This document shows positions 9,988-18,595 of a stretch of DNA of 39,249 nt, piece by piece. The stretch's first letter is position 1. The number at the start of each line of letters is the position of its first letter. The notes under the pieces were generated by a model. The model saw only the letters and a list, made by a program, of their open reading frames with translations, did no database searches and had not been told where the DNA came from. The position numbers were made by a program, and so were the translations under genes. The stretch covers positions 1-39,249 of the forward strand of contig JACQST010000016.1 in NCBI GenBank assembly GCA_016211185.1, read 5' to 3'. This DNA comes from Candidatus Woesearchaeota archaeon. Its GTDB lineage: Archaea; Nanobdellota; Nanobdellia; Woesearchaeales; UBA10216.

Positions 9988-10182
9988 ATGAAGGTGTTCA
10001 TGCAAAGAAAGGGAAAAACAGAGGAGCTCAATTTTACCGGAACAGTAGAGGCACTGCTTCGCGAACTCGGAATAAACCCTGAAACAGTCCTCGTGACAAG
10101 GGACAAAAAGCTGCTCACAAAAGACACAGCCCTCGCAAACAAAGACAGCATAAGGATACTATCAGTAATCTCTGGAGGATAA
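9988..10182 (+). CDS. ThiS/MoaD-family ubiquitin-like small protein ending in Gly-Gly (SAMP-like)
   Basis: 64 aa ending in the terminal diglycine ...RILSVISGG-stop. Length and hydrophobic pattern fit a beta-grasp fold. The 3' end overlaps the convergent ITPase gene by 21 nt. Confidence 0.65.
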   Translation: MKVFMQRKGKTEELNFTGTVEALLRELGINPETVLVTRDKKLLTKDTALANKDSIRILSVISGG

Positions 10183-10713
10183 GAAGTCCCTGAGTTGCTT
10201 GACAGACTCAGCCCTGAACCTTCCGGCAGGCGCAAGACCTTTCTTTATCTCAGCATAAGTCCTTGATTCGCCAGCAGGAACAAAGATGCAGTCATTACCC
10301 CACCCATTACTTCCCCTTTCGGACAAGGCTATGCTCCCCTGCTCTATGCCCCTGAAGCACACAGGCTCCTCTCCCGGAGCGCAGAACCCAACTGCTGACC
10401 TGTATGCACAAGACCTGTCAGCAACACCCTTCATCAGCTTCAAAATGCCCCTGTTTCCTATCATCCCTGTCACGTGCTTAGTGTAAACACCAGGAAACCC
10501 GTTAAGAGCGCTAATGAACAGCCCGGCATCCTCAACAACAACAGGCCTGCCGAGGCGGGCGGCAAGCAAGCCTGCAGAAGCAACAGAGACATCTTCCACA
10601 GAGCCAGCCTGAATCTCAGGATACTCAAAATCCATGAACTCAAGCCCAGAGCCGAGTAGTGCAGAGAACTCCTGCCTCTTGTTCCTGTTGCTTGTTACAA
10701 ACGCAACCCCCAT
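10162..10713 (-). CDS. Non-canonical purine NTP pyrophosphatase (HAM1/RdgB/ITPase family)
   Basis: MGVAFVTSNRNKRQEF...EIQ...VVVEDAGLFISALNGFPGVYTK...GWGNDCIFVP. The track start at 10725 is GTG. The ATG at 10713 lies 2 nt after the corA stop. Confidence 0.88.
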   Translation of the reverse strand: MGVAFVTSNRNKRQEFSALLGSGLEFMDFEYPEIQAGSVEDVSVASAGLLAARLGRPVVVEDAGLFISALNGFPGVYTKHVTGMIGNRGILKLMKGVADRSCAYRSAVGFCAPGEEPVCFRGIEQGSIALSERGSNGWGNDCIFVPAGESRTYAEIKKGLAPAGRFRAESVKQLRDFLSSRDY

Positions 10714-10714
10714 T

Positions 10715-11677
10715 CTACCTCTCACTCATAACCCTGTATGCAACGTAAGACAAAACAGATGAAACAACAATCATCCCCAAAATAATGTAAAACGCGTTCC
10801 TCCCCTGAACAATAGGCGCGCTGCCGACATTCATTGAGAAAATGCTTGTAATCAGGTTTGGCAGCGTTGACAGCAGAGCAACAAGGGCAACTATCTTCAT
10901 AAAATAGTTCAGCTCGTTGCCTGCTATGCTTGAATGCATGTTGAATAAATTCGATAGCAGCTCCCTCTGGATTTTCTCTGTGTCCAGAATCTGCAGGGCA
11001 TCATGGTAAAGCTCTGAGAAGTGCTTCCTGTCCTCATGGCTGAAAAGCTTGGGGTAGCTCTTACGCAACTCATTCAGGACCTCTATGTTCGCAATCAGAG
11101 ACTGGTTGAAATAGCTCAACGATATGCTTGTAGCGTAAATGCTCCCTATATCCTGCCTGTTAAGCGTCTTCTTCCTGAAAACCTCAATATTGATTGATAT
11201 CTTGTCTATGTAGTAAAGGAACTCGTCGTTAACCTTGTCAAGAACATAATAAATGAAATAGCCCGTGGGCTTCCTGAAAAGAAACCTGCGCCTGTTTCCA
11301 ACCAGCGCATACGAAAGCTCGCTCAGAATCCGCGTAGGGCTCCCTTCAACAGTCACTACTGTGTTCCCTGCCGCATAAATCCTGATAGGCACAGTTACGA
11401 CCTCACCATCCTCCTTAAGCGGGGCCCTGAAGATAATCTCTATGTGCCTCCCAATGCTGACCTTGCTCCTCTCATCACCCTCAACAGACTCCTTAAGCTC
11501 ATCAAGAGGGATACCTGTAAGCGCAGCAACAGTCTCTATATCCTCAATAACAGGCTTGACGCACCTTACCCACACAGTTCCCTTCCTTCCAGAATCCATA
11601 TGCCTTGAAGATTCCTCTATGCTCGTGTGCTCAGCACGCTCAATCCTGTCAGCAGGCATAACGAATATCTCTATCAC
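10715..11677 (-). CDS. corA: CorA-family divalent cation transporter (variant SMN signature)
   Basis: Cytoplasmic N-domain followed by two C-terminal TM helices that flank IFSMNVG, the position of the canonical GMN motif. GTG start at 11677 with a TATA-like TTTTAAT about 28 nt upstream. An alternative ATG is at 11659. Confidence 0.8.
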   Translation of the reverse strand: MIEIFVMPADRIERAEHTSIEESSRHMDSGRKGTVWVRCVKPVIEDIETVAALTGIPLDELKESVEGDERSKVSIGRHIEIIFRAPLKEDGEVVTVPIRIYAAGNTVVTVEGSPTRILSELSYALVGNRRRFLFRKPTGYFIYYVLDKVNDEFLYYIDKISINIEVFRKKTLNRQDIGSIYATSISLSYFNQSLIANIEVLNELRKSYPKLFSHEDRKHFSELYHDALQILDTEKIQRELLSNLFNMHSSIAGNELNYFMKIVALVALLSTLPNLITSIFSMNVGSAPIVQGRNAFYIILGMIVVSSVLSYVAYRVMSER

Positions 11678-11710
11678 GGATAAAAAAGAACCAGCCAGAG
11701 CATTAAAAGG

Positions 11711-13465
11711 TTACTCTTTTACAGAAAGATGAAGCTCCTTAAGCTGGCCCGCGTCAACAGAAGAAGGGCATCCATCCATAGGGTTCTCGGCCTTCTTGTT
11801 CTTAGGGAAGGCAATCACCTCGCGAATGTCATGAGTCCCGCAAAGCAGAGCCACAATCCGGTCAAAGCCAAGCGCAATCCCGCCGTGAGGAGGAGCGCCA
11901 AACCTCAACGCATCCAGAAGAAAACCAAACCTCCCTGAGGCCTCCTTCTCAGAAATCCCGAGCGCCTCAAAAACTCTGGACTGAGTATCCGGGCGGTTAT
12001 TCCTTATCGAGCCCCCGCCAACCTCAACTCCGTTCAGGGTAATGTCGTATGCGCGCGCACATACGTTTCCTGGCTTTGAAGCAAGAAGATGCACATCAGA
12101 CTGCTTCGGTGCAGTGAAAGGATGATGCATCGCAACAAACCTCTGCTCCTCCTCATCGAATTCGAGAAGAGGAAAATCAGTGACCCACAGAAACCTGAAT
12201 GCCGACTCATCAATCATTCCAAGCCTCCGGGCAATCTCGACCCTGAGGTTTCCAAGAGACGCAAAAACAGCCTTCTCACGGTCAGCAACAAAAAGCAAGA
12301 GGTCCCCTTTCTTCGCAGAAGCAGCCTCAACAAGCCTCTTCTGGACGTCTTCACCAAAATACTTAACAATAGAGCCCTCAAGGCTCTCGCCAACTTTCAT
12401 CCACGCGAGGCCCTTCGCACCGTGCACGGCAACAAACTGAGTCAACTCGTCTATGTCCTTCCTCGAAAAATCAGCGCAGCCCACAGCGTTTATGCACTTC
12501 ACAATTCCCCCGCGCTTGATGGCGTCAAGGAACACAGAAAACCCTGAATCAGCAACAATCTCTGTTACATCCACCAGCTCAAGGCCAAACCTCGTGTCGG
12601 GCCTGTCAGAGCCGAACCTCTCCATAGACTCCCTGTAAGTAAGCCTCGGAAAAGGGGTTTTAAGCTCAAGAGCCCTGACTTTTCCCCACAGCTCCTTCAA
12701 CAGAGCCTCAACCAGAGAATAGATGTCCTCCTCCTCAACAAAAGCCAGCTCCATGTCTATCTGCGTGAACTCAGGTTGCCTGTCCTGCCTCAAATCCTCA
12801 TCCCTCAGGCACCTTGCCAGCTGGTAATACCTGTCAACACCAGACATCACAAGCAGTTGCTTGTAAAGCTGCGGGCTCTGCGGAAGCGAATAAAACCTGC
12901 CCGGATGAATCCTGCTCGGAACAATGTAATCCCTTGCCCCTTCAGGGGTGTGCTTAATCAGCAAAGGAGTCTCCACCTCTGTAAACCCGTTCGCATCAAG
13001 AAACCGCCTCACAACCTGAGCAGCAACATGCCTTGTCCTGAGGTTATGCTGCATAACAGGCCTCCTTAAGTCGAGATACCTGTACTTAAGCCTAAGCTCA
13101 TCCCCCGCAACAACACGGTCATCAACCTCAATCGGTGGCAGCTCTGAACTGTTAAGAACCTCAACTCCATCAGCCAAAACCTCAACCTCGCCTGTCGAGA
13201 GGCCTGGATTCACCATGCCCTCAGGCCTCCTCCTAACCTTACCTGAAACCCTCAGCACAAACTCCCTGCCCACCTTCTCAGCAGCCCCGTGAACAGCACT
13301 GCTATGTGAAGGGTCGCACACAACCTGACTCACACCAAAAGAATCCCTCAAGTCAATAAACAGAACTCCGCCGTGGTCCCGCCTGGCCTGAACCCAGCCA
13401 CACAAAACAACCTTCTTACCGGCATGAGCCCCTGACAGCTCCCCACAGGTATTTGTCCTGAGCAT
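11711..13465 (-). CDS. aspS: Aspartyl-tRNA synthetase, bacterial type (with GAD-like insertion)
   Basis: Collinear with E. coli AspRS: MLRTNTCGEL...GWVQARRDHGGVLFIDLRD, RLKYRYLDLRRP, TPEGARDYIVPSR, QSPQLYKQLL, RDEDLRQDRQPEFTQIDME, GGGSIR and FGAPPHGGIALGFDR. About 584 aa from the ATG at 13465. The track start at 13519 adds 18 unaligned residues. Confidence 0.93.
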   Translation of the reverse strand: MLRTNTCGELSGAHAGKKVVLCGWVQARRDHGGVLFIDLRDSFGVSQVVCDPSHSSAVHGAAEKVGREFVLRVSGKVRRRPEGMVNPGLSTGEVEVLADGVEVLNSSELPPIEVDDRVVAGDELRLKYRYLDLRRPVMQHNLRTRHVAAQVVRRFLDANGFTEVETPLLIKHTPEGARDYIVPSRIHPGRFYSLPQSPQLYKQLLVMSGVDRYYQLARCLRDEDLRQDRQPEFTQIDMELAFVEEEDIYSLVEALLKELWGKVRALELKTPFPRLTYRESMERFGSDRPDTRFGLELVDVTEIVADSGFSVFLDAIKRGGIVKCINAVGCADFSRKDIDELTQFVAVHGAKGLAWMKVGESLEGSIVKYFGEDVQKRLVEAASAKKGDLLLFVADREKAVFASLGNLRVEIARRLGMIDESAFRFLWVTDFPLLEFDEEEQRFVAMHHPFTAPKQSDVHLLASKPGNVCARAYDITLNGVEVGGGSIRNNRPDTQSRVFEALGISEKEASGRFGFLLDALRFGAPPHGGIALGFDRIVALLCGTHDIREVIAFPKNKKAENPMDGCPSSVDAGQLKELHLSVKE

Positions 13466-13487
13466 CAACTCGGATACTCGCAGGCCC

Positions 13488-13495
13488 TTTATATT
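13488..13495. promoter_or_regulatory. Shared (bidirectional) TATA box
   Basis: TTTATATT lies about 25 nt from both the aspS ATG (13465, minus) and the small plus-strand ORF ATG (13519). Confidence 0.35.
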
Positions 13496-13518
13496 CTTTT
13501 TCTCAGACAAACAAGCCA

Positions 13519-13788
13519 ATGAAAAGCTTTTTATATAACCAGCGCCCAGAAAACCAAAAAGAGGTGAACCATTTGGCAGCAGACCTGCAGGTAGTCATTC
13601 TTTCAATAATCATAGGCACACTGGCAGCCATAGTCTTCTCACTCCGCATACTTGTCCTCATGGAAAGGAGAATTGCGCGGATAGACTCAACGCTGCTTAA
13701 GATAGCCGAGCAAATCATAAAAGAAGAATACGCCATTGAAAAAGAGGAGAAAAAGATTGAAGCAAGGTTATCAAGAAAGAGACGATAA
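13519..13788 (+). CDS. Small single-pass membrane protein with charged coiled-coil tail (hypothetical)
   Basis: One TM helix (VVILSIIIGTLAAIVFSLRILVL) followed by a K/E-rich helix, with a TATA at the leaderless distance. No recognisable family. Its 3' end overlaps the hjc 3' end by 18 nt. Confidence 0.4.
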   Translation: MKSFLYNQRPENQKEVNHLAADLQVVILSIIIGTLAAIVFSLRILVLMERRIARIDSTLLKIAEQIIKEEYAIEKEEKKIEARLSRKRR

Positions 13789-14187
13789 TCCAGAGGCTTT
13801 CCTGTCACCAGCAAGCTGGTCAATGCTCAACCCCCAGTTTCTCGCGAGTTCTTCAGACACCATCATGCTCTTGCTCGTGGCCTTCAGCTCATCTATTCCA
13901 ACAAAGAACCACTCGGCATTGTGCCTGAACGCAACCCACGGTTCTGCCCCCAATTTCTGCGCAAACAAGACAAGCTCATCAATCTGGGAACGCGTTATAT
14001 ACCTCCGGTCATCAGAGCTGGACTTACACTCAATGGCAAGCCTCCTCAGCCCGTTCCCCGCCACTATGTCAGGGCTTGGATACCTTGACGAGCCAGAACC
14101 AGCAACCCTCACCGCGAACCAGCCCCGCTCCCAAAGCAAGTGAATCAGCTCTCGCTCAGCATTAGTGCCTTTTGCCTTCAGGTTCAT
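13771..14187 (-). CDS. hjc: Holliday junction resolvase Hjc
   Basis: KGTNAERELIHLLWERGWFAVRVAGSG...PDIVAGNG...AIECKSS, a PD-(D/E)xK resolvase pattern. 138 aa. Confidence 0.92.
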   Translation of the reverse strand: MNLKAKGTNAERELIHLLWERGWFAVRVAGSGSSRYPSPDIVAGNGLRRLAIECKSSSDDRRYITRSQIDELVLFAQKLGAEPWVAFRHNAEWFFVGIDELKATSKSMMVSEELARNWGLSIDQLAGDRKASGLSSLS

Positions 14188-14248
14188 CCGGCAAAATGAC
14201 AGAAAAGAGTATATAATATTTTTTAAAAGGCCTTACCTTATAAGACTA

Positions 14249-15139
14249 TCAGATTTTTACCTTCATGAAGTCGTAAGCACACACCACATCAGGGAAAACA
14301 TTCCTGGCGTCCTCCTCAATCTGGCTGGCTGTCCTGTAGCGCTGAGAGAAATGAGTCAGAACGAGCCTCTTCACAGAGGCCTTGCTGGCAAGAAGCGCAG
14401 CCTGCCCTGCAGTAAGATGCCTGTATTTCGCAGCCTTGTCTTCTAGTGAATTGTCATAAGTCGCCTCACAGACAAGCAGGTCAGCGTCCCTTGCCAGCTC
14501 AACAGCATTGTTGCACAGCCCAGTGTCAGTTATGTATGCAAACTTCCTTCCCCTCTGCACATATGAAAGCTCATCAGGCCTCACAGCCCTTCCATTCAGC
14601 TTCACGCTTTTCCCCTCCTGCAGCCTCCCGATAAGGGGGCCCTCAGCAAGACCAAGCTTCCTTGCAGCATCCATATTAATCCTCCGTCTGTCCCTCTCAA
14701 CAAACCTGAATCCGAGGCAGGGCGTGCTGTGTTCAAGCGGAAGAGCCTCAAAAAAGAAGTCATCACACTCAAGAAAAACCCTTTTCCGAACATCAATCAC
14801 TTCCATATCCACATTGTTATCCGAAGCGAAAACCTTCCTGAGCATCATGAAGCGCTTCCTTGTGCCCCTTGGGCCGTAGACCTGGATTCTGCCAGAAAAA
14901 TCAGACGAGCCAAGGCTCTGAAAAAGCCCGGGAAGCCCAAGCGAATGGTCACCGTGCCAATGCGTTATGAAGACCCTGGTTATCTTAGTAAGGCTTATGC
15001 CGGCAACCTTGAGCTGCCTCTGCACCCCCTCACCGCAATCAAGCAAAAAACCCTCATTCCTGTAGGACACAAAAATACCTGCGTGGTTCCGCTCCTTTGT
15101 GGGAACAGAAGAGCCAGTGCCCAGAAAAACAGCTTCCAT
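14249..15139 (-). CDS. rnz: Ribonuclease Z (tRNA 3' endonuclease, metallo-beta-lactamase fold)
   Basis: MEAVFLGTGSSVPT...LLDCGEG...ITHWHGDH...LTHFS. The track start at 15151 is TTG. The ATG at 15139 matches homolog N-termini. Confidence 0.92.
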   Translation of the reverse strand: MEAVFLGTGSSVPTKERNHAGIFVSYRNEGFLLDCGEGVQRQLKVAGISLTKITRVFITHWHGDHSLGLPGLFQSLGSSDFSGRIQVYGPRGTRKRFMMLRKVFASDNNVDMEVIDVRKRVFLECDDFFFEALPLEHSTPCLGFRFVERDRRRINMDAARKLGLAEGPLIGRLQEGKSVKLNGRAVRPDELSYVQRGRKFAYITDTGLCNNAVELARDADLLVCEATYDNSLEDKAAKYRHLTAGQAALLASKASVKRLVLTHFSQRYRTASQIEEDARNVFPDVVCAYDFMKVKI

Positions 15140-15218
15140 AAGAGCGAACAATCACGCACATTATTTAAGGCTTTTTGATGCCAAAGCTTTTAAACAGCGG
15201 CACGCCACAAACACCAGA

Positions 15219-15749
15219 ATGATGAAGGAAGCAATAAAAGCATACATTACAAACGAGCGGGTAACAACAGAAAACTCTGAAGCGGCAAAAGAGCTGTACG
15301 ACCAGGGAAGATACGGGACACTGAAAGACCAATCCGTGCAGCTCTCCCTTATAGAAGCATACTACCTTCTCGAAAAAGGAAAGATAACGCTCATGAACAA
15401 CCGCAACAAGGCAGTGCTTCCAGAAACCCTCCTGAAGAAAGCAAAGAAACTTGAACCAGCATTCTGGAAAAGATACGCGGTCTACAAGGACATAAGGGAG
15501 AGAGGCTACATAATAAAGACCGCGCTCAAGTTCGGAGCTGACTTCAGGATATATGACAGGGGTGTAAAGCCCGGCGAAGACCACGCCAGATGGATAGTCT
15601 ACCCTGTCCACGAGGCAGAACACCTCACATGGTATGAGTTCGCGGCAAAGAACAGGGTGGCGCACTCAACAAAGAAAAGACTACTGATAGCAGTGGTTGA
15701 CGCAGAAGGGGATGTATCATACTGGGAATGCAGATGGCTCAGGCCTTAA
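15219..15749 (+). CDS. endA: tRNA-splicing endonuclease EndA
   Basis: LYDQGRYGTL...LSLIEAYYLLEKGKI...YAVYKDIRERGYIIKTALKFGADFRIYDRG...HARWIVYPV. The ATG at 15219 follows a TATA-like ATTATTTAAGG box. The track start at 15099 overlaps the rnz 5' end. Confidence 0.9.
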   Translation: MMKEAIKAYITNERVTTENSEAAKELYDQGRYGTLKDQSVQLSLIEAYYLLEKGKITLMNNRNKAVLPETLLKKAKKLEPAFWKRYAVYKDIRERGYIIKTALKFGADFRIYDRGVKPGEDHARWIVYPVHEAEHLTWYEFAAKNRVAHSTKKRLLIAVVDAEGDVSYWECRWLRP

Positions 15750-15795
15750 AAAACCCCGCACAAAATATTTATAGTTTCCAAAACACTTTTTCTGC

Positions 15796-16719
15796 ATGAA
15801 CCAGGACAGCGTGCTCCAGATAATCAAGACAAGAGGCCCGGTAATACCCTCACAGATATCCAAAGACCTCGGGACAAACATACTTCTCGCGTCAGCCATA
15901 CTATCTGACTTCGCATCAAGAAACCTTGTGAAGGTGTCAAGCATAAAGATAGGCGGCTCCCCCCTCTACTACATCACCGGCCAGGAAGACAAGCTCCAGC
16001 AATACATGGACAGGCTTCAGGAAAAGGAAAAAAAAGCATGCGACCTCCTCAAAGAAATGAAGATACTTCGCGACGAAAAACTCGAGCCAGTCGACAGATA
16101 CTCGCTGCGGCAATGCAAGGACTTCGCAAAGCCCATAGAAGTCACGATAGATGGAAAAAAAGAGCTGTTCTGGAAATGGTACCTCGCCCAAAACGAGGAG
16201 ATAGAGGCACTGATAAGAAAAGAACTCCTGCAAACCGAAAAGAAGCAGCCGGAGCAAAAAAAACCCGAGGCGGAAAAGATTCAGATAGAAACACCAAGAG
16301 CATCAAATGGCATAAGACAAGCAATCCAGGAAAAAATCCAGGAAAGAACCCAAGAGAAAATCCAGCCGCAAGCGCAAACCCAAAACGTGAAGGAGGAGGA
16401 AAAACCAGGGAAGGGCTTCAGCCAGCGCGTCCAAACATTTTTCAGCGAAAAAAGCATAAGCATCTCTGAAGAGCAGCCTGCAAAAAAAGGGGAAATATCA
16501 TGCATACTCAAGGTCCCCAGCTCCGTAGGCGAACTCACATACTACTGCACAGCAAAAAACAAGGCCAAGTGCAACGAGGCAGACCTGAGCTATGCCTATG
16601 TTTGCGGCCAGCAAAAACAGCTCCCTGTCCTGTTCATAACAACAGGCGAACTCACAAAAAAAGCCAAAGAGCTCCTACAAAGCGGAACCCTAAAAAACCT
16701 CATCCACATAAAGGTGTAG
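15796..16719 (+). CDS. Hypothetical DNA-binding protein: tandem winged-helix N-terminus, K/E/Q low-complexity linker, 4-Cys C-terminal alpha/beta domain
   Basis: The wH-like segments are VLQIIKTRGPVIPSQISKDLGTNILLASAILSDFASRNLVKVSSIKIGGSPLYYI and ACDLLKEMKILRDEKLEPVDRYSLRQCKDFAKPIEV. The linker contains IQEKIQERTQEKIQPQAQTQ. The C-terminus ...YYCTAKNKAKCNEADLSYAYVCGQQKQLPVLFITTGELTKKAKELL is weakly Mrr-cat-like. A TATA (AATATTTATAG) lies about 25 nt upstream. Confidence 0.6.
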   Translation: MNQDSVLQIIKTRGPVIPSQISKDLGTNILLASAILSDFASRNLVKVSSIKIGGSPLYYITGQEDKLQQYMDRLQEKEKKACDLLKEMKILRDEKLEPVDRYSLRQCKDFAKPIEVTIDGKKELFWKWYLAQNEEIEALIRKELLQTEKKQPEQKKPEAEKIQIETPRASNGIRQAIQEKIQERTQEKIQPQAQTQNVKEEEKPGKGFSQRVQTFFSEKSISISEEQPAKKGEISCILKVPSSVGELTYYCTAKNKAKCNEADLSYAYVCGQQKQLPVLFITTGELTKKAKELLQSGTLKNLIHIKV

Positions 16720-16720
16720 C

Positions 16721-17743
16721 ATGGGAGTAAAAATAGTCGAACTCCTTAAGCCAACACAGATATCCATAGACGACCTCTCAGGGAAAACCATAGCAGTCGA
16801 TGCCCCGAACCACCTATACCAGTTCCTCACAACAATACGGTCAATAGACGGAACACCCTTCACAGACTCAAACGGCAACATAACCTCGCACCTAATAGGC
16901 CTCTTCACACGGGCAACCAGCCTCATTACAAAAAACATCAAACTGGTCTATGTGTTTGACGGAAAAACACCTGAGCTAAAGCACAAGGAACTGCAGAAAA
17001 GACAACAGGCAAAACAGGAAGCCCAAAGAAAGTACGAGGCAGCTCTGCAGGAAGGAAACACAGAGGACACAAAAAAATATGCCGGAAGGTTTGCAAGGCT
17101 CACTCAGGAAATGACACTCCAGTCAAAAGAACTGCTTGACGGGCTCGGAATACCATATGTAGATGCTGCAGGAGAAGCAGAAGCCCAGGCAGCACACATG
17201 GCCATGAAAGGAGAAGCGTATGCAGTCTCATCCCAGGACGCAGACACCCTGCTCTTTGGCGCACCAAGACTTGTCAGAAACCTCTCAATAACAGGAAAAA
17301 GGAAGAAAACAGGCAGGCTTGGAGCAGTAACCGTCAGCCCAGAGATAATAAGCCTCGCACACACACTCGAATCCCTCGGAATAACACAGGAGCAGCTAAT
17401 AGCTATGGGCATGCTCATAGGAACAGACTACAACCCAGGAGGCATAAAAGGCATAGGAGCTAAAAAAGCCCTTGAAATAGTGAAAAGCACAAAGGACATA
17501 AACCGTGTATTCGCGCACGCAGGATGGGAAAACCACTTCACCGAGAAATGGCAGGAAATATACGAGCTGTTCTCAAAGCCAGCACTGAACACAGACTATC
17601 AGATAAGCTGGAGACCGGTTGACAGTGAAAAAACAGTCAGCCTGCTCTGCGGCCAGCACAGCTTTTCAGAGGAACGCGTAAGAAAAACGCTCCATGCAAT
17701 CAACCCTTATCCAACGCAGAAAGGACTTCAGGACTACATCTGA
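16721..17743 (+). CDS. fen: Flap endonuclease 1
   Basis: MGVKIVELLKP...GKTIAVDAPNHLYQFL, SQDADTLLFG and GTDYNPGGIKGIGAKKA (H3TH). It starts 2 nt after the previous stop. Confidence 0.95.
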   Translation: MGVKIVELLKPTQISIDDLSGKTIAVDAPNHLYQFLTTIRSIDGTPFTDSNGNITSHLIGLFTRATSLITKNIKLVYVFDGKTPELKHKELQKRQQAKQEAQRKYEAALQEGNTEDTKKYAGRFARLTQEMTLQSKELLDGLGIPYVDAAGEAEAQAAHMAMKGEAYAVSSQDADTLLFGAPRLVRNLSITGKRKKTGRLGAVTVSPEIISLAHTLESLGITQEQLIAMGMLIGTDYNPGGIKGIGAKKALEIVKSTKDINRVFAHAGWENHFTEKWQEIYELFSKPALNTDYQISWRPVDSEKTVSLLCGQHSFSEERVRKTLHAINPYPTQKGLQDYI

Positions 17744-17748
17744 AAACA

Positions 17749-18570
17749 ATGAACATCAAAGAACTCCTCAAAAAGAAGCTCACCAAAAAAGAACTCCAGC
17801 TTGCCAGAAGAAGGTTTGACACAATAGGCTCAATAGCTGTGCTTGAGATACCAAAAGAACTTGAGAAGAAGAAGAAAATAATAGCCAAACAGATACTCAC
17901 ACACAAGAACATAAAGACAGTCCTGAAGAAAAAAGGCGGCCACACAGGCGAGTTCAGGCTGCAAAAACTCGCGTACATTGCAGGCCAAAAAACAAAGGAA
18001 ACAGTCCACAGGGAAAACGGAGTCTCGCTCAAGCTAAACCTTGGAAAAACCTACTTCTCGCCGAGACTAGGAACAGAGAGGCTCAGAATAGCCAGACAGA
18101 TAAATCACGGAGAGGAAGTGCTTGTAATGTTCTCCGGCTGCGCGCCATACCCATTAGTCATATCAAAGAACTCGCAGGCAAAAAGAATAACAGCAGTAGA
18201 GCTAAACCCTGACGCGCACAGATATGCCCTCGAAAACATCTCGCTCAACAAAGCAGGAAACATAGAGCCTGTAAACTCCGACATAAGGGCATTCTCGGAA
18301 AAAACAAGGAAAAAGTTTGACAGGATAATAATGCCGCTCCCGAAAGGAGCCTCAGAATTCCTGCCACAGGCACTAAAACTGGCGCATAAGAATACCATAA
18401 TACACTACTACGACTTCCTTGAAGAAAACAGCATTCCCGGAGAAGCAATCGCGAAGATAAATATGGCATGCATGAAAGCCCGCAAGAAGCCCGCCATACT
18501 TGGATGGAGGAAATGCGGCCAGCTTGCAGCCAGAAAATTCAGGCTCTGCATAGATTTCCAAATAATTTAA
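17749..18570 (+). CDS. trm5: tRNA (guanine37-N1)-methyltransferase Trm5/Taw22 family (Met-10+ domain)
   Basis: FDTIGSIAVLEIP, YFSPRLGTER, the SAM-binding VLVMFSGCAPY and VELNPDA (NPxx). 273 aa. Confidence 0.85.
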   Translation: MNIKELLKKKLTKKELQLARRRFDTIGSIAVLEIPKELEKKKKIIAKQILTHKNIKTVLKKKGGHTGEFRLQKLAYIAGQKTKETVHRENGVSLKLNLGKTYFSPRLGTERLRIARQINHGEEVLVMFSGCAPYPLVISKNSQAKRITAVELNPDAHRYALENISLNKAGNIEPVNSDIRAFSEKTRKKFDRIIMPLPKGASEFLPQALKLAHKNTIIHYYDFLEENSIPGEAIAKINMACMKARKKPAILGWRKCGQLAARKFRLCIDFQII

Positions 18571-18573
18571 AAA
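18561..18573 (+). promoter_or_regulatory. TATA-like box positioned for the candidate C/D sRNA
   Basis: AATAATTTAAAAA overlaps the trm5 stop, about 27 nt upstream of the predicted sRNA 5' stem at 18596. Confidence 0.35.
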
Positions 18574-18595
18574 CACAGAAGAATTAACGCAACAG

